Under the pieces are notes generated by a model, which was given only the letters and a program-made list of their open reading frames with translations, was not told where the DNA came from and ran no database searches. Shown here piece after piece: positions 1-9,847 of a stretch of 64,000 nucleotides of DNA; positions within the stretch are counted from its first letter, which is position 1, and each line of letters opens with the position of its first letter. The stretch is from Deinococcota bacterium. GTDB lineage: Bacteria; Deinococcota; Deinococci; Deinococcales; Thermaceae. Location of the stretch: NCBI GenBank assembly GCA_041695225.1, contig JBGFRI010000015.1, forward strand, positions 70,646 to 134,645, written 5' to 3'. Position numbers and translations under genes: made by a program.

Positions 1-21
1 TAGCGCCTTACGGGGTGAGGC

Positions 22-1035
22 ATGAGCATCCTGTGGTTTTTGCTGATCATCTCCATCAGCATTTTTGTGCATGAGCTGGGCCACTACCTGGCCTCCCGCT
101 GGCAGGGGGTGGGGGTGAAGAATTTTGGGGTGGGTTTCGGCCCCACCCTGCTCAAGTTTGACCGCTGGGGAACAACCTGGCGGCTTAACGCCATCCCGCT
201 TGGGGGCTACGCCGAAATTGACGGGATGATGCCAGGTGATACCCACGGCTACGCCCGGCTCTCTGGCCTGGGCAAGTTTTTCATCCTGGTAGCCGGGGTG
301 GTGATGAACCTGCTGCTGGCCTGGGGTGTGCTGGGGGGCCTCTCCGCCATTCAGGGAATACCCCAGACCCGGGCGATAATAACCGAGGTACTGCCAGCTA
401 GTCTGGCCGAGCAGTCGGGCCTCAGGGCAGGAGACCGCATCCTAAGCCTGAATGGAGTAAAGCTCGAGTCGTTCGATCAGGTTGCCAAGTTCCGCCAGAC
501 CACCGGCGAAAAGGTGTTTGGGGTGCTGCGCGATGGCCAGGAACTTAGTGTGCGCTTCTACTGGGATAACCTGCACGGGAGGCTGGGCATTGTATACCGG
601 GCCGAGGTGATTGGTTATACCCGCGTCAATTTCTTTGAGGGGTTCGCCCGGGCCGTCCGCGAGACCGTAGTGGTGGTGCCGCGCTTCGTGCAGGAGTTGG
701 TGGGTAGCCTGGCCCGCATTCTCGTCGGACAGGAGGCCCCAGGGATAGCAGGGCCGGTGGGAATTGTCAACATCACCGGGCAGGCCGCCGAACATGGCCT
801 GAGCACCCTGATTGGGCTTCTGGCTGCCATTAATCTCTCGCTAGCAATATTCAATCTGCTACCCATCCCAGGCCTGGATGGCGGACGAATACTGGTTTTA
901 ATCGCTAACGCCATCAGCGGCGGGCGCATCAAGCCCGAGACCGAGGCCCAGCTCACTTACGGCGGGTTCTTGTTTTTGATTCTGCTGGTTGTGCTGGTAA
1001 CCATTAACGATATTCGTAACCTGGTGGGTGGGTAG
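22..1035 (+). CDS. rseP: RIP/M50 intramembrane zinc metalloprotease with PDZ domain (RseP-like)
   Basis: HELGH motif, AIPLGGY, PDZ segment (GLRAGDRILSLNG), NLLPIPGLDGG motif. Confidence 0.92.
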   Translation: MSILWFLLIISISIFVHELGHYLASRWQGVGVKNFGVGFGPTLLKFDRWGTTWRLNAIPLGGYAEIDGMMPGDTHGYARLSGLGKFFILVAGVVMNLLLAWGVLGGLSAIQGIPQTRAIITEVLPASLAEQSGLRAGDRILSLNGVKLESFDQVAKFRQTTGEKVFGVLRDGQELSVRFYWDNLHGRLGIVYRAEVIGYTRVNFFEGFARAVRETVVVVPRFVQELVGSLARILVGQEAPGIAGPVGIVNITGQAAEHGLSTLIGLLAAINLSLAIFNLLPIPGLDGGRILVLIANAISGGRIKPETEAQLTYGGFLFLILLVVLVTINDIRNLVGG

Positions 1036-1044
1036 ACTGTAGCC

Positions 1045-1680
1045 TTGATGGATACCACCGCTCTGATACCGGCCTACAACGAGGAAGCTCATATTGCAGG
1101 GGTGGTACGGGTGGCGCTGCAAGCGGGCCTGGAGGTGCTGGTGGCCGACGATGGATCGGGTGACCGAACCGCCGATGTAGCCGAAAAAGCCGGAGCAAAG
1201 GTGTTGCGATTGCCGGAGAACCGGGGCAAGAGTGGGGCGCTGGCCTACGGGCTGGCTCAGGTGCAAACCCCCTATGTACTCCTGCTGGATGCCGATCTGG
1301 TGGGGCTACGGCCCGAACATCTGCTGGCCATGCTAGAACCAGTACGTTCGGGAAAACTGGACATGACCATCGGGGTATTTAAATCGGGGGGGCTCATGAC
1401 CGACTTTGGCAACCGCGCCACCCCTTTTTTGTCTGGGCAGCGGGCCTGCACTACCCAGTGGCTCAGGGGTGTGCCCAATCTGAGCAGGCATCGCTGGCCA
1501 GAGCCGGCCATTACCGACCATCTGGCCCGTAGCAAGGCCCGCTGGGCCTACGTTGAACTACGTGGGGCAGGGCAGATAATGAAAGAGCAGAAGCGCGGCT
1601 TTTGGCGAGGTCTGGTAATGCGCTTGAAGATGTACAGCGAGATAATAAAATATCGCTTGGCCAGAAAGACTCGAGCTTGA
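1045..1680 (+). CDS. Glycosyltransferase family 2
   Basis: LIPAYNEE, DDGSGD, NRGKSGA, LDAD motifs. Confidence 0.88.
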   Translation: MMDTTALIPAYNEEAHIAGVVRVALQAGLEVLVADDGSGDRTADVAEKAGAKVLRLPENRGKSGALAYGLAQVQTPYVLLLDADLVGLRPEHLLAMLEPVRSGKLDMTIGVFKSGGLMTDFGNRATPFLSGQRACTTQWLRGVPNLSRHRWPEPAITDHLARSKARWAYVELRGAGQIMKEQKRGFWRGLVMRLKMYSEIIKYRLARKTRA

Positions 1681-1720
1681 GCTTTCCTGACAAAAGCTGA
1701 TTAGGGTGGTCTAGCCGGAG

Positions 1721-1960
1721 GTGCCTATGCGAATCGAAGTAGCGGTGATGATGCAGGTAAATGTTCCCGACGATACCGATCTAGACAGTTTGGACCTCCA
1801 GATTGACGAGGATGGCGGCATCCAGTTCATCAGCAATGGCCAGGTGGTAGCCGATGCCAGCCAGATCGAGGACTATTACATTGACGACATTGACAGCGAT
1901 GAGGACGACTGGGACCAGGACGAAGACGAGGACGAGGACGAGGAAGACCAGGATAAATAG
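1721..1960 (+). CDS. Small highly acidic hypothetical protein
   Basis: GGAGGTG SD-like sequence; 31 of 79 residues are D/E; start may be ATG 1727. Confidence 0.7.
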   Translation: MPMRIEVAVMMQVNVPDDTDLDSLDLQIDEDGGIQFISNGQVVADASQIEDYYIDDIDSDEDDWDQDEDEDEDEEDQDK

Positions 1961-2077
1961 AACCTAAATCGCTGCACCTCCCTGGCTTTGGACCCAGCCG
2001 TCCCTTGCAGGCCATGGCCTTTTTATGGGGTTACCTGTCCTACTATTGCGCAAAAAGCCGCTCGGTACAATGCAAAC

Positions 2078-3211
<1,134 letters not shown>

Positions 3212-3235
3212 ACGGGATACTTTATGTCTCCTGGT

Positions 3236-4432
3236 TCAATTGCGGAATACCACATCCTCGCGCTGGAAGCTGCGGTAGGCCAGGTAAACAGCCAGCCCGG
3301 CAAAAGCCATGGTCGAAACCCAGGTAAGGCTCAACTGCGAGATGGTGGCCGAGCCTTTGATGATCCCATCCAGCGCCAGAATCACATTGATCAGGGGCAG
3401 GGCAAGAAACCAGTCCTGAATGGTCAGAAAGTCTGAAAACTGCATAAACAGCAGGGGGATAAGCATGACAAAACTGAGTGGGGTCATGTAGCTCTGGGCC
3501 TCTTTAAAGCTGCGGGCATAAAGGCCCAGCGAGAGCATGATGGCGATAATGAATACCGCAAACAAGACCAGAGTAGCCAGAACCGAGAGGTATCCCAGGG
3601 GCTCCAGGGCCAGTGTCCCCCCCAGGCGGGCGCCACTGCCTCCGCCCTGTAAAGGGTCTAGCTGCGCGGCAAAGTGGTACTGCATCAGCCAGCCTCCCAG
3701 CAGAAAACCAGCCATTACCGAGACCGTAGAAAGCATAGACATCACAAATACCGCCAGCCCCTTACCCAGCAGAATCTGAATCAGGGGCACCGGGGCGGCC
3801 AGCAGGGCCTCGAGGGTTCCCTTCTCTTTCTCTCCGGCGGTAGCATCCACCGCCACCGGCATACCACCCGCCTGAATAAACAAGACCAGAAAGTAAGGAA
3901 TCAGGAAAGCCAGCAGGCCCGCGGCCTGCTCCTGGGACCTCGAGGCATCGCTGGTTTCAATCTTGAAGGGCTCCAGCACCTCGGTGACAACCCCCTTGGC
4001 CTGGAGCTGCTGGGCCACTACCTGGTCTTTGTAATCGCGCAGCGCATCCTGCACCTTCTGAACCACCAGCCGGCTCTGGGTAGCTCCGCCAGAAAGCCGT
4101 CCATAAACGGTGTAGGTGCCGCCTGAGAAGACCAGGGCAGCCAGAACCTCGCGGTTTTGCACCGCCTGCTGGGGGTTGGCCATGGCAACCGGCTCGAGCC
4201 TGGCCTCGCGGAGGAGTTCCATCACCTCCGCTGGAACTCCCTTTACTCCAATTGTCTGCACGGCCTCCTGGGTCTGCCGTGCGGCGCTGCCCAGCAGCAT
4301 CATCGGCCCGAACATCAGGACAGGCATAACAATAATGGGCAGAACCAGGGTGGTGAAGAGCACCCTATGCTCACGAATCACGCTCAGAAGTTCTTTGCGG
4401 GCAATTATCAAGATTTCGTTCATAAGCGGCAC
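3236..4432 (-). CDS. ABC exporter permease, NatB-like
   Basis: AVDATAGEKEKGTLEALL motif, ARSFKEAQSY, multiple TM segments. Confidence 0.85.
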   Translation of the reverse strand: MPLMNEILIIARKELLSVIREHRVLFTTLVLPIIVMPVLMFGPMMLLGSAARQTQEAVQTIGVKGVPAEVMELLREARLEPVAMANPQQAVQNREVLAALVFSGGTYTVYGRLSGGATQSRLVVQKVQDALRDYKDQVVAQQLQAKGVVTEVLEPFKIETSDASRSQEQAAGLLAFLIPYFLVLFIQAGGMPVAVDATAGEKEKGTLEALLAAPVPLIQILLGKGLAVFVMSMLSTVSVMAGFLLGGWLMQYHFAAQLDPLQGGGSGARLGGTLALEPLGYLSVLATLVLFAVFIIAIMLSLGLYARSFKEAQSYMTPLSFVMLIPLLFMQFSDFLTIQDWFLALPLINVILALDGIIKGSATISQLSLTWVSTMAFAGLAVYLAYRSFQREDVVFRN

Positions 4433-4514
4433 CTTCGGTGCGTCAAGAGTTGCTGGACAGGTTTATGAGGCTAAACCAATGTGGGCTTTTTCGTCCCTCG
4501 GCACCCCACCATGC

Positions 4515-5237
4515 TCAAGCTGCCTCTTCCAGCCTGCGGATGAAGGCTCTCTCGAGGTTGCCCCGGCCAAGCTCGAGGGCTTCCTGCAGGCTCCCCTCGT
4601 AAACCAGCTGGCCCTTATCAATAAACCCGACGCGGTTGCTCACCTCCTCGGCCTCGCTCATCACATGGGTGGAGTAGACCAGGGTTTTGCCCAGCCCGGC
4701 ATAGGTCTTGACGAAATCCAGCAAGGCCCGGCGGGCAAACACGTCCAGTCCGGCGGTTGCTTCGTCGAGCAGTAAAACCTGCGGCTGGTGCAGGATGGCC
4801 CGGGCAATCACAATTTTTTGCTGCATTCCGCTGGACATCTCCCGCACCTGCTTGTCCAGCACCGGCTGGTCAATCTTGAGCAGGGCCGAGGCCCACTCGA
4901 TGCGGTCTTTGAGCCGCTGGCCCCACAGATCGTAAAAGCTGCCAAAAAAGTCCAGCACCTCGCGCCCGGTCAGCCTGTCGTAGACCTTCATCCCGCCGTT
5001 TACAATGCCCAGGTTGCGACGAACCTCGAGCGACTGCCGCACCACATCAAAGCCCGCAACCCTGGCGCTTCCGCCATGGGGTTTTAGCAGCGTCGCCAGC
5101 ATCCGCAGGGTGGTGGTCTTGCCCGCTCCATTAGGACCCAAAAGGCCGTATACCTCTCCCGGCCCGACCGAAAAAGTGATCCCGTCTACGGCTTTAAACC
5201 GCCGGTAAGTTTTTTGCAGATTCAGGGCCTCGATCAT
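4515..5237 (-). CDS. ABC exporter ATP-binding protein, NatA-like
   Basis: GPNGAGKT Walker A, SSGMQQK signature, LLLDE. Confidence 0.9.
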   Translation of the reverse strand: MIEALNLQKTYRRFKAVDGITFSVGPGEVYGLLGPNGAGKTTTLRMLATLLKPHGGSARVAGFDVVRQSLEVRRNLGIVNGGMKVYDRLTGREVLDFFGSFYDLWGQRLKDRIEWASALLKIDQPVLDKQVREMSSGMQQKIVIARAILHQPQVLLLDEATAGLDVFARRALLDFVKTYAGLGKTLVYSTHVMSEAEEVSNRVGFIDKGQLVYEGSLQEALELGRGNLERAFIRRLEEAA

Positions 5238-5314
5238 CGCACTAACAAAATACTCGCTGATTATGACCAGAGGATAGGAATTTCAAACTCGATCCGCTAT
5301 CCAGGAGTGTTTAG

Positions 5315-5462
5315 CTCCTGACCCCAGACCTTCGACCCTCGCCACTCCATTAGTCGATAGCCTAAAGCGGAAAGCTAAAAGCCTTCAGCCTTCGGCCTTT
5401 ATTTGACCTGCGACTTGCGACCTGAGACCTGAGACTAATTTTTGACCCTAGACCCTCGACCC
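5315..5462. repeat. Heptamer-based repeat cluster; shares block GCCTTCAGCCTTCGGCCTTTATTTGACC with 44695-44835
   Basis: Tandem TGCGACC/TGAGACC-type heptamers; identical block at 5381 and 44758. Confidence 0.8.
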
Positions 5463-6289
5463 TACCCCGTCCGCTTGAGTTTGCCGGTGCGCTTGGCCCA
5501 CATCTCGGCGGTATGGAAGACCCACAGGCCCAAAGGAATCAGCACCACGCCCATCAGCAGTAAAATCCCCAGCTCGGGCAAGACCGAGGAGAGCGGGGCC
5601 CCCACCAGTTTGTCCGGGGTGGAGTCGGGGTGGTTGATGCCCATTAGCTTGCGGCTGGCCTCGAGGGCATAGGTCGCGGGGCTCAGATACGAGAGCGGTT
5701 GGATCCAGGCGGGCAGCACGCTCACAGGGTAGTAGATGCCCGAGACCAGCAGCAAAACGCCCTGGAAGATGTTGGTAGCCTGGGCTCCGTTTTCCGGCGA
5801 CATCACCGGCAGAATGGCGGCCATCAGACCCAGACCCATGAAGGCCAGGCTGGCAACCAGCAAGACCACCAGTACCCCCAGCAGGTTGGCCCCATCCACC
5901 GAGACCTGGATGAATAGCACCAGACCCACCAGGATCACGATGGTGCGGAGCACGCTGAACACGATGGCAAAGAGCGAGACCCCGCTCAGGTGAACCAGCC
6001 TCGAGACCGGGGCCATGAAGGTGTACTCCAGGGTACCCTCCCAGCGCTCGTAGGAGATGGAGTTGGCGATCTCGTTGTACATGGCAGACAAAAACGACCA
6101 CAAAAGTACCCCGAGCAACAGGGTGAGGGTCAGGCGGAAGTCGTCCTGGGCCTTGCCGATCAGGGCGATGGCCGCAGAGTTAACGATGGCGTAAAACACG
6201 AAGACCGCTACCCAGCTCATATAACGCCGGGTCAGGTGCCAGTCGCGAAAGACAAAAGCCCAGATGGGGCGGAGGTATCGCTCAAACAT
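5462..6289 (-). CDS. ABC-2 type transporter permease
   Basis: ERWEGTLEYTFMAP, SGIYYPVSVLPAW, about 6 TM segments; start MFERYL chosen. Confidence 0.87.
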   Translation of the reverse strand: MFERYLRPIWAFVFRDWHLTRRYMSWVAVFVFYAIVNSAAIALIGKAQDDFRLTLTLLLGVLLWSFLSAMYNEIANSISYERWEGTLEYTFMAPVSRLVHLSGVSLFAIVFSVLRTIVILVGLVLFIQVSVDGANLLGVLVVLLVASLAFMGLGLMAAILPVMSPENGAQATNIFQGVLLLVSGIYYPVSVLPAWIQPLSYLSPATYALEASRKLMGINHPDSTPDKLVGAPLSSVLPELGILLLMGVVLIPLGLWVFHTAEMWAKRTGKLKRTG

Positions 6290-6297
6290 AGCTGATC

Positions 6298-6390
6298 CTT
6301 TGGTTATGCCGATAGTCGATAGCGGATGGTCTATAGCCAAAAACTCATCTGATTTCTTTTAGTTATCGGCTATTGGCTATGGACTATCGG
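6298..6390. repeat. GCTATCG/CGATAGC-type heptamer inverted repeat cluster
   Basis: cgatagtcgatagc ... ttatcggctattggctatgg; related clusters at 9800, 14595, 34625, 36730. Confidence 0.65.
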
Positions 6391-7192
6391 CCTCTTGCTC
6401 TGCTAAATCCTCGCCAGTAAGGGCGATAAAGGCCTCTTCCAGGTCGTCGGTTCCCGCTTGTTGTTTGAGCTCCTGGGCGGTTCCCTCTGCCACCAGGCGG
6501 CCCTTGGCTAGGAAGCCTATGCGATGCGAGAGGCGCTCGGCTTCGGCCATGTCGTGGGTGGTAAGCAGGATGGTGGTGCCTTCACGCTTGCGGAGGTCTT
6601 CCAGAAAGGCCTGTACGTCGCGGCGGCTCCTGGGGTCAAGGCCGGTGGTGGGCTCGTCGAGCAGAAGCAGCGGCGGGTTGATGAGCAGGGCCCGGGCAAT
6701 GGCAATTTTCTGCTGCATCCCCCGGCTCATCTCCTCGATGGGGTCGCTAAAGCGGCGCGACTCCAGGCCGAGCTGCTCCAGAATCTGCATGGCCCTTTTT
6801 TCGGCCTGGCGGGGCTTTAGACCATAGAGCTGGGCCGCATAGAGCAGGTTCTCTCGAGGCGAGAGTTTCTTGTAAAAAGCCGCGTCCACGCTCACCCGCC
6901 CCATCAGGCGGCGTAGGGCCTGCTCACCCTGGGGCAGCTGGTGTCCCATCATCTGCACACGCCCTCCGTCGGCAGTGAGCAGGGTAGAGAGGATGCGAAT
7001 CAGGGTAGACTTGCCCGAACCGTTGGGGCCTAAAAGGCCGTAGGTTTCGCCTATATGCACATAGAAAGAAACCCCTTTCAAGGCCCATTCTTCCTTGATG
7101 GGCGCACGCAGTCCCTCGCGTTTGCGAAAGACTTTTTTGAGATCGGAGACCTCGATAGCAATTCTGGTCTCGGTGGGCTTTAGGGTCAGCAT
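6377..7192 (-). CDS. ABC transporter ATP-binding protein (DrrA-like exporter ATPase)
   Basis: GPNGSGKS, MSRGMQQK, LLLDEPTTGLD, TTH; start MLTLKP chosen. Confidence 0.9.
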   Translation of the reverse strand: MLTLKPTETRIAIEVSDLKKVFRKREGLRAPIKEEWALKGVSFYVHIGETYGLLGPNGSGKSTLIRILSTLLTADGGRVQMMGHQLPQGEQALRRLMGRVSVDAAFYKKLSPRENLLYAAQLYGLKPRQAEKRAMQILEQLGLESRRFSDPIEEMSRGMQQKIAIARALLINPPLLLLDEPTTGLDPRSRRDVQAFLEDLRKREGTTILLTTHDMAEAERLSHRIGFLAKGRLVAEGTAQELKQQAGTDDLEEAFIALTGEDLAEQEADSP

Positions 7193-7238
7193 AGATTTAA
7201 TCATCCCATCCTGTGTCAGTCCATCACCCAATCTATAG
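7190..7238 (-). repeat. ~49-nt dispersed repeat ending in the ATG of the ABC ATPase
   Basis: CTATAGATTGGGTGATGGACTGACACAGGATGGGATGATTAAATCTATG; homologous to copies at 49565, 51808, 52781, 53351, 53395. Confidence 0.75.
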
Positions 7239-7319
7239 TTGGTCCTGTCTCGAATAAGTCTCGGAGCCCGGGGTCATCTCGTCGCTGGTCTTGCGTTGAA
7301 CCTCCTGCACCGCCCCTTC

Positions 7320-7347
7320 AAACAAACCGGCAGCCCGAGGGCCGCCG
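7320..7347 (-). terminator. Putative attenuator terminator in ABC exporter leader
   Basis: CGGCGGCCC-TC-GGGCTGCCG hairpin followed by GTTTGTTT. Confidence 0.6.
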
Positions 7348-7391
7348 AAAACGCATAACGCGTCGTGAATGCGGGTCGGGCAGAGAGCGCC

Positions 7392-7436
7392 TCAGGCGCG
7401 CAACCGGGCCATGCGCTTGACAATGGGGTCATTCAT
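7392..7436 (-). CDS. Putative leader peptide MNDPIVKRMARLRA
   Basis: AGGTGA SD-like sequence; upstream TTGCAC-N18-TACACT promoter (7485-7456); followed by terminator hairpin. Confidence 0.6.
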   Translation of the reverse strand: MNDPIVKRMARLRA

Positions 7437-7505
7437 GATTCACCTACCAGACCCAAGTGTACGCGCTAGCCGGGCGAATGTGCAAGGTCTCTCTCGGTAG
7501 CAATA

Positions 7506-8642
7506 TCAGACGATGTTCTTCTCTACTAAGGCTGATACCTGGGAAAAACGCTCGTAGCGGAGCGAATCTATGTTCAGGCTGTGCGCCCGACCATCAACAA
7601 TTTCCTCGGCCATCAGGCGGCCCACCATCGCGGCCTGCTGCACCCCATGGCCAGAAAACCCACAGGCATTGACCCAGCCCTCCACCCTTGGCATCCGGCC
7701 CAGGATGGGGTTGTGGTCGGGGGTGACCTCGTAGTAGCCCCACCAGCTAGCCCTGCGGTCGAGCTTTAGTGCCCCCAGCCAGGGTAAACGGGCCAGGCCC
7801 ACTTCCAGGGTGGGCTCGAGCCAGGCCCAGTCCATGCCTTCACGGAAGCCCAGGTCAGCAGGGTTGCTCCGACCAAAAATCAGCCGGTCGTGCTCGGGGC
7901 GGAACCAGAAGCCACTGGAAAGGTCTATGGTCAGGGGGTGCCCGGGGAGGTGGGGAGTCGGCGCAGTGCAGAAGACCATCCGCCGGGCGGGCTGCACCGG
8001 AATCAAAAGCCCGGCCCGCCGGCCCACCTCGCCAGCCCAGGCCCCGGCAGCGTTGAGCACAAACTGTGCCTGGAAGGATCCCCTCGAGGTCTGCACCTGC
8101 CACCCTCCGCACACCCGCTCGGCGGCCAGGAACTCGGTCTCGGTGTGCAGCACTGCTCCAAGCTGCCGGGCGCGACCCAGGTACTCCATGCAGATACCGT
8201 GCGGGTCTACAATTCCATCGGCGGGGCCGTAGGTAGCTCCGCGGATGGGCTCCAGGCCCTCCACCGCTGGCGAAAAGTCGAACCACTCCTTGGCGGCCGC
8301 AAGGTCTCGTACCTCCACCGGCACCCCCAGGCGCATTTGCATATCTACCCCCGCCATGTGACCCTCCCACTGCGAGCCTGGAACCAAGAACAAGTACCCA
8401 ATGGGCCGGTAGGCTGCCTGGGGCAGCTGGCGGTACTCCCGGATCGAGTGCCAGGAGAGCAGGATGTTGGTGGTCTCGGTAAACTGCACCCGCACCCCCG
8501 CCGCACTCTTGCCCGTAGACCCCATGGCCGGGGCCGCGGCCTGTTCCAGCACCCCCACCTTTAGCCCCCGCTCGGCCAGGCGGTAGGCGCAGGCCGCTCC
8601 CACAATCCCCGCTCCTGTAACCAGCACATCGTAGCGTGACAC
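7506..8642 (-). CDS. FAD-dependent oxidoreductase, DAO/sarcosine oxidase beta family
   Basis: GAGIVG, STGKSAAG, VLNAAGAW, TPDHNP, GFSGHG; GTG start chosen. Confidence 0.88.
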   Translation of the reverse strand: MSRYDVLVTGAGIVGAACAYRLAERGLKVGVLEQAAAPAMGSTGKSAAGVRVQFTETTNILLSWHSIREYRQLPQAAYRPIGYLFLVPGSQWEGHMAGVDMQMRLGVPVEVRDLAAAKEWFDFSPAVEGLEPIRGATYGPADGIVDPHGICMEYLGRARQLGAVLHTETEFLAAERVCGGWQVQTSRGSFQAQFVLNAAGAWAGEVGRRAGLLIPVQPARRMVFCTAPTPHLPGHPLTIDLSSGFWFRPEHDRLIFGRSNPADLGFREGMDWAWLEPTLEVGLARLPWLGALKLDRRASWWGYYEVTPDHNPILGRMPRVEGWVNACGFSGHGVQQAAMVGRLMAEEIVDGRAHSLNIDSLRYERFSQVSALVEKNIV

Positions 8643-8894
8643 TGGGCCTACTGTAGCCCAACCCAGTGCCTTGTGCAAAACCGATCATTCGTGTGAATAG
8701 ATGGGGTGCGTAGCAGACTTTAACTGTTTCAGCGGCGCCAACAGATACGAGAACAACCCTATTTTCAGAGGGTGTGGGGCAACGGGCCCGGGGGCCGCAG
8801 AAAGTCCCGGGCAATCAGGTCAGGTAGACACAACGGGCTACAGCGGGAAGGGCAGATCTCAAGGGCATTAACCGAGTTGCGCACGGCCCCTGCG

Positions 8895-9641
8895 TCACAG
8901 CACACGCCGGTCTAGCCCGCCGTCGAGCGGGATAGTCAGGCCGGTCAGGTACGAGGCGTGACTCGAACACAAAAACGCTGCCAGGGCTGCAATCTCTTCC
9001 GGTGCTGCTACTCTGGGCACGGGATAACTCGCAGTCTCCGGGCGCATAGGGTGATCTTCCCCGACTGGTCCGGGGGCAATGCAGTTGACAGTAATGTTCG
9101 GAGCAAGTTCATCGGCCATGACCTTGGTCAGAACCGCGACTGCGTTTTTAGCCAGGGCGTTTTCGGCGAAGCGGGTGAGCAGGTTGGGAGTTCCGGCGGC
9201 CATGTAAAAGGCCCCCAGGTTGACGATACGCCCCCAAGGGCGGGCTTTGAGGTACGGTAGGGCAAACTGCGAGACCGAGACTACCGAGAGCACGTTGACC
9301 TCGAGGCCCAGCCGCCACTCCTCCGGGGGAACCTGGCTAAACGAGCCCGGCCGCACGGCTCCGCCCGGCACGTTGACCAGAAGATCCAGGCCGCCGAATC
9401 TCTGCTCGATGGCCTCGAGTAATGCCTTAACCTCGCCAGGACTGCCCACATCCGCGACACGGGCGAGCACCACAATGCCCTGGGACTCAAGTTTTGTTCT
9501 AGCGGCCTCGAGTCGTTTTTCGTTGCGCCCGCAGATAGCCACTTGCGCACCCTCGAGGCCCAACCGCTCGGCAATGGCATAGCCGATGGTGCGGCTTCCA
9601 CCCGTCACCAGTGCGATTTTGCCGGTCAGGCCAAGGTTCAT
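8895..9641 (-). CDS. SDR-family oxidoreductase (atypical catalytic motif)
   Basis: TGGSRTIG, ITVNCIAPG, YLTGLTIPLDGG; NALAK in place of YxxxK. Confidence 0.85.
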   Translation of the reverse strand: MNLGLTGKIALVTGGSRTIGYAIAERLGLEGAQVAICGRNEKRLEAARTKLESQGIVVLARVADVGSPGEVKALLEAIEQRFGGLDLLVNVPGGAVRPGSFSQVPPEEWRLGLEVNVLSVVSVSQFALPYLKARPWGRIVNLGAFYMAAGTPNLLTRFAENALAKNAVAVLTKVMADELAPNITVNCIAPGPVGEDHPMRPETASYPVPRVAAPEEIAALAAFLCSSHASYLTGLTIPLDGGLDRRVL

Positions 9642-9847
9642 GCCCAGATTCTAGTGCACTGTCGTGCAAAGTCCAATCCTGGGCAGTCGGTAGCCCATTA
9701 AGCTCAGGCCTACGGTCCTTTGCTGTTAGCATTCCTGGCCGATTTGCGGAAGTTGCGGATAAGCTCACTAAATCGCTCGCCACTGTGTTTTTGAGCCACT
9801 AGCTATGGGCTATAGACCAATGGCTATCGGCAAAAACCTTTCAGTAT

